Shown here: piece by piece, positions 57,698 to 64,000 of the stretch
Numbering within the stretch: position 1 is the stretch's first letter
Layout: every line of letters begins with the position of its first letter
Virus record (IMG/VR): IMGVR_UViG_3300049736_000695
Span: 1-64,000 of that record
Origin: a virus
Reading direction: 5' to 3' (one strand)
DNA length: 64,000 nucleotides
Program-made: the position numbers and the translations under genes
Notes under the pieces: generated by a model
What the model saw: only the letters and a program-made list of their open reading frames with translations
Databases searched by the model: none
Told to the model about the DNA's origin: nothing

Positions 57698-58097
57698 TTA
57701 TTTTTGAAAAGATAAACTGTATGTTTTGCCTAAGTATGTAAACGTAACCACGCTATGCGAATAGATTGATTTTGTTTTTTCATCATATCGCGTTTCAAAA
57801 TTACATACTCTGCGAGTACCGCCTGTGGCTTTACTATTATTATGAGCTAACATGCCACCTAATAAGGCACCAACTGCACCACCGTTGTCTACATTTTTGG
57901 TCACATTATTACCAATAGCACCACCGATAATAGCACCCATTAAGGTATCTCCGGTTTTATCACCAGAAGTTGATTGCTGTTGACATACTTCTACCTGATA
58001 AGGTGTTCTATCAATTACGGTTCTATTGACATCTGTTACAGTTTCAGCATTAGTAGGGCTTGCCGTCACCATCAACGCCGCTGACAACAATAGGGGG
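57698..58097 (-). CDS. glycine-zipper 2TM exported protein
   Basis: Signal peptide, GAIIGGAIGN...GAVGALLGG; ORF track span 57698-58117. Confidence 0.75.
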
Positions 58098-58271
58098 ACA
58101 TTCACAAACTTTGACATTATTTAACTCCTCAATCCTTTTATATGAGTTTTGCAATTGTTCTTGTAGTTCTTTAATGTTGTTTTCCAACATCTCTATTACA
58201 CCATCTTTATTTACTATTTCTCTACGAAATAATTCTAATTCAGATTGTTCGTGGTTTTGGAATTCTGCCAT
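58050..58271 (-). CDS. small coiled-coil hypothetical protein
   Basis: GAGG SD, heptad pattern. Confidence 0.55.
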   Translation of the reverse strand: MAEFQNHEQSELELFRREIVNKDGVIEMLENNIKELQEQLQNSYKRIEELNNVKVCECPPIVVSGVDGDGKPY

Positions 58272-58651
58272 TGGATTAATAATTCCTCCTGTACTCTATA
58301 TGCCTCAACTTCCCAAGGCAAGTTTAAATATTCTTCTCTGGTCTTATAAAAATTACATTCACTATATAATTCTTTTCTTACATATTGTTTTACATGAACC
58401 ATTTCATGAAATATTGTTGTAAGAAAATTATCTCCAAGACTTAACCTCTTATCTACCTCAATTATATAGTCTCTATTTTCAACGTCTAAACATGTACCGT
58501 CATATCCCTTTAAATTTTTAAGTTCAATATTAATAGTACATTTTTTAATCCTAGGCATAAGCTGTAACCATGCAAATGATGCTGCCTCAAACGCGAATTC
58601 ACGTTGTCTGCGACTGCCACCTTCTACAAAAATCAAACTTTTCTCCATCAT
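58235..58651 (-). CDS. zinc metallopeptidase-like protein (HExxH)
   Basis: TIFHEMVHVKQY...Y..LPWEVEAY. Confidence 0.75.
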   Translation of the reverse strand: MMEKSLIFVEGGSRRQREFAFEAASFAWLQLMPRIKKCTINIELKNLKGYDGTCLDVENRDYIIEVDKRLSLGDNFLTTIFHEMVHVKQYVRKELYSECNFYKTREEYLNLPWEVEAYRVQEELLIQWQNSKTTNNLN

Positions 58652-58657
58652 GTATTA

Positions 58658-58686
58658 ATTATACACTATTTTTATGGAAAAGTAAA
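58658..58686 (-). promoter_or_regulatory. early promoter (leaderless start at 58651)
   Basis: TTTACT-N17-TATAAT, AAATTAACTG upstream; ATG 7 nt downstream. Confidence 0.75.
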
Positions 58687-58694
58687 CAGTTAAT

Positions 58695-59375
58695 TTACAT
58701 TATTCCGTTTGCTGGAGGAACCCATGCTTCGTCTGATTTTCCTTCTTGTTCAGTAATCTCATCTCTACGACCGTACTTTTCAATAGTAACATTATTGCCA
58801 ATTTTAAATTTAAGATTATCATGCATATGGTGAATAACAAATTCGCATCGGCCATCACCGAAGTCTTTAAATATATTTTGCCAAAGCGGGCGCCAATTGT
58901 TAGTCAATCGGTTGTTATTCATACCGCCTCGATCTGAATTTATAAACGTATCTGTAAAGCTACGAAGATTAAAATCAAATATAGAATCAAATCCATACAT
59001 ATGAATTCTTTCGGCCTTTAGATGCTGAGCGGCAAAGTAAACAGCCATATGACCACAATTAAGATCTGTATAGTTTGCAGCATAGCTTGGTAGACGAGTG
59101 TAGAACATTTTAATTTGATGAGATCTTTGCATATGAAATTGAGAATTCTTTTCCATATACGCTTTAGGTCTTGCGCCAAGTATCCATTCTCCTGGCACAT
59201 CAACATCACCTTTATGAATATGTCGCATCATTTTAAAGTCAACCATGCAAGATGCATATAGATTTTCAATAGGAAAAGGTGGAAGATTGCAAGCTAGCTT
59301 TAGACCTTTTCTTGGCGCTTCATTATAAAACATTGCTGAATCGCCGTTACCGATTACGTGAACTGTTTTAGGCAT
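58695..59375 (-). CDS. Maf/sialyltransferase-like (GT29/GT42/DUF115-like) protein
   Basis: VIGNG.S, ACN, D, G..A...A..L....I.MYGFD pattern. Confidence 0.5.
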   Translation of the reverse strand: MPKTVHVIGNGDSAMFYNEAPRKGLKLACNLPPFPIENLYASCMVDFKMMRHIHKGDVDVPGEWILGARPKAYMEKNSQFHMQRSHQIKMFYTRLPSYAANYTDLNCGHMAVYFAAQHLKAERIHMYGFDSIFDFNLRSFTDTFINSDRGGMNNNRLTNNWRPLWQNIFKDFGDGRCEFVIHHMHDNLKFKIGNNVTIEKYGRRDEITEQEGKSDEAWVPPANGIM

Positions 59376-60051
59376 TCACAACCTCCGCAATTTTGATCTT
59401 ACCACGAATACGATCGTTTCCTTTTTCACCTGTCCAATGCATAATCTTTGCATTGGTTGCTGGCTCATCATCATGTTCTACCTGAAGTCTTAGCCAATTA
59501 TATTTATTCGGTAATTCATTAATATATGTCATTCTTGTAATAGGATTAAGCATACTATGTAATACCTCTTGATCCCCCACTTCTGGTTTTGAAGCAACCT
59601 TTTCTGCCCATTGTTTTAGAATATCTGGCTTTTGATAAAATCCTACAACGCCTGAGTTAAACCATTCTTCTTTTCTACGCTTTAGCCATGGTCTATCAAG
59701 TGACATACAAAGTTTGTTTGGTTGAATATGATCAAACATCCTTTCAATATTTCCAAGTATTTCACAATCAGTATCAATCCAAAAGCATCTTTTGCCCGGT
59801 GCTTTTAACATTGCCATCGGTTTACCAAACCACCCTTTAACGTCTTCTTTTATTTGAATATCCATATGGCAAAAAAGAGCAGGATGCGCAGATTGTTTTA
59901 CTCTTTCTTTCATCTCAATAGACATACCAAAGTCTGCAACTGCAATTGGTATAGTATTATGCTTATAATAATTTTCAATAAACCACCACAGCTGCCATTC
60001 TGTTTTTTCATCGCAACCGGTGATAATCAATTTTTCAGGCATTTTAGGCAT
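59368..60051 (-). CDS. GT-A glycosyltransferase (GT8-like)
   Basis: WF.KP, WIDTDC, FNSGVV, GDQEVL, YNWL, HWTG..G. Confidence 0.75.
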   Translation of the reverse strand: MPKMPEKLIITGCDEKTEWQLWWFIENYYKHNTIPIAVADFGMSIEMKERVKQSAHPALFCHMDIQIKEDVKGWFGKPMAMLKAPGKRCFWIDTDCEILGNIERMFDHIQPNKLCMSLDRPWLKRRKEEWFNSGVVGFYQKPDILKQWAEKVASKPEVGDQEVLHSMLNPITRMTYINELPNKYNWLRLQVEHDDEPATNAKIMHWTGEKGNDRIRGKIKIAEVVNA

Positions 60052-60691
60052 CGATTATTCCATATGTTTCGTTAAAGTTATGTTTAGCTTGTACACCAGC
60101 TTCTTTTTGAATTGTTGTAAATGAATCTGCTGCCATACATACCCATGGATAATACTCTTGTAAAAACGGAAAAGTATCTACATTCAGAAATATATCAGTC
60201 GGTGCACCACATGTTTTTGCTTTATTAATAATCTTTTGTGCGCCTTCTGGATTAACCATATAGCCATGCGCGCCACCAAAATATTTCTTTTGTATTAATC
60301 CATCTACACCAATATTGATAGGTGTATTAAAGTTTCCATACGAAGGCTTTGAAAATGTCATACAACCATCAAACGACGTTTCCGGAATCGGGCCTGTTAG
60401 AATAGCATCATGCTCAAAAATAACAACTGTTTCTTTTATCTTTACTGACTTTTCCCACAGCGCATGATGAGATAAGAAAGCAGCCATACAGTTTTCTGGT
60501 CTAGAATATTTTTCATGGAAAAAAGACGGTTGGATACCCTTTGTATGCAAAATAAGATGTGGATTATCTTTAGGAGTTATAGCCCAATGATGTTCTACTT
60601 CAAGTCCATGTTTAGCAGCGCTTTTAATACAACGTTTTGCAACCTGCATAGACTGTTCATTATCTTTAATTGTAATTACGAAAGCTTTCAT
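60044..60691 (-). CDS. glycosyltransferase family 25-like
   Basis: AFVITI, AAFLSH..LW, IFEHDA, GAHGY.V.P.GA. Confidence 0.8.
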   Translation of the reverse strand: MKAFVITIKDNEQSMQVAKRCIKSAAKHGLEVEHHWAITPKDNPHLILHTKGIQPSFFHEKYSRPENCMAAFLSHHALWEKSVKIKETVVIFEHDAILTGPIPETSFDGCMTFSKPSYGNFNTPINIGVDGLIQKKYFGGAHGYMVNPEGAQKIINKAKTCGAPTDIFLNVDTFPFLQEYYPWVCMAADSFTTIQKEAGVQAKHNFNETYGIIDA

Positions 60692-60903
60692 TCACAAGTC
60701 TTCTTTCCTGCACATTCTTTTGGAAAGCATTGTCTTGCAAAGAAATAGTATTCGTTGTCAAAACTTGCAGACCACTGTTCATTATCTATCATCCAATGAC
60801 ATTGTTTTTCTGACATGGGTTGCTGTAGTGCCATCTGACCGATATAGTGGTCTGTAACACCATCGCTGCCCCACATACTAATTACTAACATAAATTCTTT
60901 CAT
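60688..60903 (-). CDS. small Cys-containing hypothetical protein
   Basis: 71 aa within GT cluster. Confidence 0.6.
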   Translation of the reverse strand: MKEFMLVISMWGSDGVTDHYIGQMALQQPMSEKQCHWMIDNEQWSASFDNEYYFFARQCFPKECAGKKTCE

Positions 60904-61599
60904 TTAATTCACCGTTGTTGAAGGTAACCCTTGGACTCTTGTAAAATATGTTTTAGTTACACCAAGTTTAGGAACTAGTTGTTTGCACATAAGCGCATCG
61001 TTCGGCCATAAGCCATGTTCTCGAGCCGCTGATAGGATATCCTTTGCTCCATCTGGTTTAATTATATATGCAGAGTTTCCGGCTAAACCTTGTGGTATAT
61101 TAAATTCATCAACTGATGGTACCGGTTGGATCCATGATTCTCCGGCTTGCACCATGTCATGAAACTGATGAGCGCGCCTTGTAGCTGATGCAGGACTATT
61201 AATACCAATAATATTGTATTTACTTTCAAGTATCAATTTCCAATCTAATTTTTCAGTAAAGACTGCATCGTGTTCAAGTATAAGAATTGGCTCATTTAGT
61301 TTTTTACACTCATGCCACAATAACCAATGACTCATTGCGCATGCAATGCGAGAATTAGGATTTGCTGTTTGATATGCAGACTTAATAAGACCGGTTGCAA
61401 TATCGTTTTCTTTACCTTCCCAAGGATACTTCCATTTAAGACCATTACCGAACATAACAGTCTTAGCCATTTTTGCGGAAACTGCGTTAAAGATATCTAT
61501 CTCAAAATCATTATAAACTTTTTTAGAAGATATAATACAAGTATCAGCCCCTTTCTCTGATATCTCATTTCCTTTTAAACAAATCACATACGCTTTCAT
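60904..61599 (-). CDS. glycosyltransferase family 25-like
   Basis: AYVICL, ACAMSH..LW..C, ILEHDA, GNSAYII.P.GA, PND. Confidence 0.8.
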   Translation of the reverse strand: MKAYVICLKGNEISEKGADTCIISSKKVYNDFEIDIFNAVSAKMAKTVMFGNGLKWKYPWEGKENDIATGLIKSAYQTANPNSRIACAMSHWLLWHECKKLNEPILILEHDAVFTEKLDWKLILESKYNIIGINSPASATRRAHQFHDMVQAGESWIQPVPSVDEFNIPQGLAGNSAYIIKPDGAKDILSAAREHGLWPNDALMCKQLVPKLGVTKTYFTRVQGLPSTTVN

Positions 61600-62117
61600 C
61601 TTTTTAACTCATTCCTATGCGGAAATTCTTCCATAGTTTTATTGACATTGAGAAAGTCAAATAGTTTTTGGGGTTTGTCAACTCCATCTACAATATTTAG
61701 AATCAATAAAGAGCCAGGTCTATTTTTAAAATATTCCTTTATACTTTTCTCATGGTTATCCCATACTTTTTCATATACCTCATATACGAAGAACGGTTCT
61801 TTATACACTTGAGTTCGAATATTTACCTGTCTTGTAGATTGATTCCAATTTCTTTTTCTTTCAAGATAAGTTGACATAGACTGTAGCCATTTTTCTTTAT
61901 CTCTTGTTGTAAGAATAAACTTAGAGTTAGGAAACATTGTGTCAAGCTTTTTATATTTTGGTATGACAGGAATATCTGATGCACCATCATTGTTAAACGA
62001 AATCATATCATCATCAGATGGATAGTGAATATGATTATATCCCACTTCGTTTAATACATGTGTAAGTGTAGTCGTACCAGTTCTAGATAATCCTAGTCCC
62101 CAAATTTTTGCTTTCAT
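61596..62117 (-). CDS. PAPS-dependent sulfotransferase-like protein
   Basis: GLGLSRTGTTTL (5'-PSB), KFILTTRD...W..S (3'-PB), FPH.N. Confidence 0.8.
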   Translation of the reverse strand: MKAKIWGLGLSRTGTTTLTHVLNEVGYNHIHYPSDDDMISFNNDGASDIPVIPKYKKLDTMFPNSKFILTTRDKEKWLQSMSTYLERKRNWNQSTRQVNIRTQVYKEPFFVYEVYEKVWDNHEKSIKEYFKNRPGSLLILNIVDGVDKPQKLFDFLNVNKTMEEFPHRNELKR

Positions 62118-62944
62118 TTCACTGCTGCTTTATAATGTTTATGATTTAAATTCCATTCTTGAATAGGCAAATTTGTAATTCGCCACATTTCTTTTTCAGT
62201 ATACCATTTAGCTTCGCCTGGTTGAATGTGTACTAGCTTAGCATCTTTAGGTCTTGTATCGTTCATACGTCTTATCGGATTGCTTCGAGTTGACATATTA
62301 TGAACATGTGAATTCCATTTGTAATCTAATTCTGTAAAATCTGTTTCAAGTGAATGTGCCATAGCATGAAAATAATTTTGATCTAAGCAATAGAACTTAG
62401 AAAAATTTTGCGCTATTGTTTGTTGCACATACTTATTAAATTTCCACCAACGATTCTTTGCATGTCTTAAACCTTCTTTCGAAAACATTACCATTCCAGC
62501 ATTGTAAACTTTAAGTAAGCCATCATCACGTCGAGGCAGTTTTGTGTTTAGTGTACTATTAACCCATGCTGCCCATATTTCATCATTCTTATAATTAATA
62601 CTTCCGTGTAAAGTTTCTTTTCTAATTGTTTCGATAGCAGGTTCTCTACATGCTGCAACATGACCATACTCTAAATCAAAAATACTTTCTTCTAAACCAT
62701 CTACAGCAAATACATCTAAATCAATAATAGCAATATTGTCATATACAAGAAACGATGGATCAATGAGAGGATTTAGCCATTCCCAATAATGTTGGTGTAC
62801 ACCTGTGTTTACCGCTTGCGGTTTATTATGATCAAGTCTATATTCAGCGCCAATGCGTTTAGCATACTCTTCCATGTTTTTCTTACCAGCAAGAACTCCA
62901 CACGGCATATCTCCGCCCCAATATTGGTAGATTAGATTTCTCAT
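62114..62944 (-). CDS. GT-A glycosyltransferase-like
   Basis: YA.RIGAEY, IDLDVF, YNAGM, DQNY, WN. Confidence 0.7.
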   Translation of the reverse strand: MRNLIYQYWGGDMPCGVLAGKKNMEEYAKRIGAEYRLDHNKPQAVNTGVHQHYWEWLNPLIDPSFLVYDNIAIIDLDVFAVDGLEESIFDLEYGHVAACREPAIETIRKETLHGSINYKNDEIWAAWVNSTLNTKLPRRDDGLLKVYNAGMVMFSKEGLRHAKNRWWKFNKYVQQTIAQNFSKFYCLDQNYFHAMAHSLETDFTELDYKWNSHVHNMSTRSNPIRRMNDTRPKDAKLVHIQPGEAKWYTEKEMWRITNLPIQEWNLNHKHYKAAVK

Positions 62945-63603
62945 ATTACGCCTCTTTCGACAAGTGCTTTATAGTTTTCAATCTTAGGTCTTTTCGGTCC
63001 ACCTTGTCTTATTTTTGGTCTTATATGAATAATATTTGCTTTATCTACATCATCATCAAATGAACTATAGTTCCATTGTGCACGATCGAAGTAGCGTTTT
63101 TCTTTAAATCCTGCAAGTACAGCACATCTATGCATAATACCTTCATCATTAAAGTTGCCGCTGAATTGTAACATTTCACTTATATGTAAATGTTTTCTAA
63201 ATTCTTGTCGTAAATTTTTTTCTAAACGATAGCATGACCCACCCCAATATGGATATTCTGCATCACATAAGAATGGGAAATGACCTGCAAGTTTTTTTAC
63301 TAATGTTTCCTGAATATTATAATGTCTACCAATACCAGTTTCATCTGTAAAAATATTTGCTGTACAGCCTTTACGAAGAAACATATCAGTATCCATCATT
63401 ACAACAACATCATAGTCATCAAACTCTTCATTCATCATATAGAGTTTTTGTGATTGCGAACTAAGACCTGGATTAAATACCGCTCCGCGAAGTAACCTAT
63501 GATCAGCACCACAGAATTTAGCATACTCTTTAATATTTGCTACTGATAAATTTTCAAGTTCGCCTAGTGGACCAGACCAATGTTGTAAGATTATTTTTTT
63601 CAC
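62941..63603 (-). CDS. GT-A glycosyltransferase-like
   Basis: YA..CGAD, MDTDMF, DEGIMH, WN, IIH. Confidence 0.7.
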   Translation of the reverse strand: MKKIILQHWSGPLGELENLSVANIKEYAKFCGADHRLLRGAVFNPGLSSQSQKLYMMNEEFDDYDVVVMMDTDMFLRKGCTANIFTDETGIGRHYNIQETLVKKLAGHFPFLCDAEYPYWGGSCYRLEKNLRQEFRKHLHISEMLQFSGNFNDEGIMHRCAVLAGFKEKRYFDRAQWNYSSFDDDVDKANIIHIRPKIRQGGPKRPKIENYKALVERGVI

Positions 63604-64000
63604 TTTCTCGTTCCAATAAGGTAGTGATCATTTGCTCTAAGCGGACATTTCCACATTTTCATATTATGGCTTTCAGATAGTTTTTTCTTTATGCCATAAA
63701 AATATTCTTTATTATCGATACCATGAAATGCTTTATTTTGTTTATGTGCAATCATAATATACTTATACTGTTCATAGTATGCCTCAATAATTTTTCTATC
63801 ATCAAGTGGCATTTCATTAATACTGAATGTTCCAATCAAAAGTGATTCATTTGCAGTTTTCGTAAGATTCTCCGGCTTTAAAGTTTTACAGGCATATGAA
63901 CCTTGAATCGTATTTGATAAAAAGTATTCTTGCATTTCATTCATTTGCGGGAAATCAAGTATATTATAATTGCCAGTAAATCCAAGTTTATGCATTGAAT
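63600..64000 (-). CDS. putative (sugar O-)methyltransferase, 5' end probably beyond window
   Basis: Y.I.DFP.M...Q..FL...LIGTFSINEMP resembles the C-terminal half of sugar O-methyltransferases. Confidence 0.5.
   Translation of the reverse strand, partial: SMHKLGFTGNYNILDFPQMNEMQEYFLSNTIQGSYACKTLKPENLTKTANESLLIGTFSINEMPLDDRKIIEAYYEQYKYIMIAHKQNKAFHGIDNKEYFYGIKKKLSESHNMKMWKCPLRANDHYLIGTRK

Noticed and set aside
2443-61560. Numerous short antisense or alternate-frame ORFs in the track (e.g. 4797-5102, 12163-12543, 29686-30096, 56742-57149)
   Set aside because: Shadow ORFs of well-supported genes or tRNAs, without SD or recognisable motifs.
1-64000. Stop-codon reassignment or diversity-generating retroelement
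   Set aside because: Core genes are full length in the standard code; no reverse transcriptase or adenine-variable repeat pair noticed.

Overview
A 64-kb segment of a large, AT-rich T4-like (Tevenvirinae-like) myovirus. Gene content resembles marine T4-like phages; the host cannot be determined from this window. 1-13390 (minus): tail-fibre and fibre-assembly genes, including a 2082-aa modular fibre. 13492-23582 (plus): a 14-gene enzyme island inserted into the structural module, with 2 nitroreductase-like genes, a DegT aminotransferase, 3 radical SAM genes, 2 free SPASM/twitch-like ORFs, a carbamoyltransferase, a methyltransferase and 4 glycosyltransferase-like genes. 23566-46753 (minus): peripheral virion and baseplate genes (split VrlC/DUF4815-like, gp8, gp9/10-like, gp7, gp6, gp25, three-part gp5, hub, gp53, gp48). 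46806-51025 (plus): gp4, gp2, gp54, gp26 plus a frameshifted gp51-like ORF, and a tape-measure-like gene. 51022-58651 (minus): gp32, gp33, early genes with a repeated sigma70-type promoter, tRNA-Arg, tRNA-Gly and structured non-coding segments. 58695-64000 (minus): a second glycosyl/sulfo/methyltransferase cluster. The most striking signal is a strong enrichment of Asp-Ser (DS) dipeptides, encoded by varied codons, in fibre and peripheral virion proteins and absent from core baseplate proteins. These genes flank the sugar-tailoring island, which suggests a phage-encoded virion-protein O-glycosylation or modification system (inference). All family assignments come from motif recognition, not database searches, and counts are manual.
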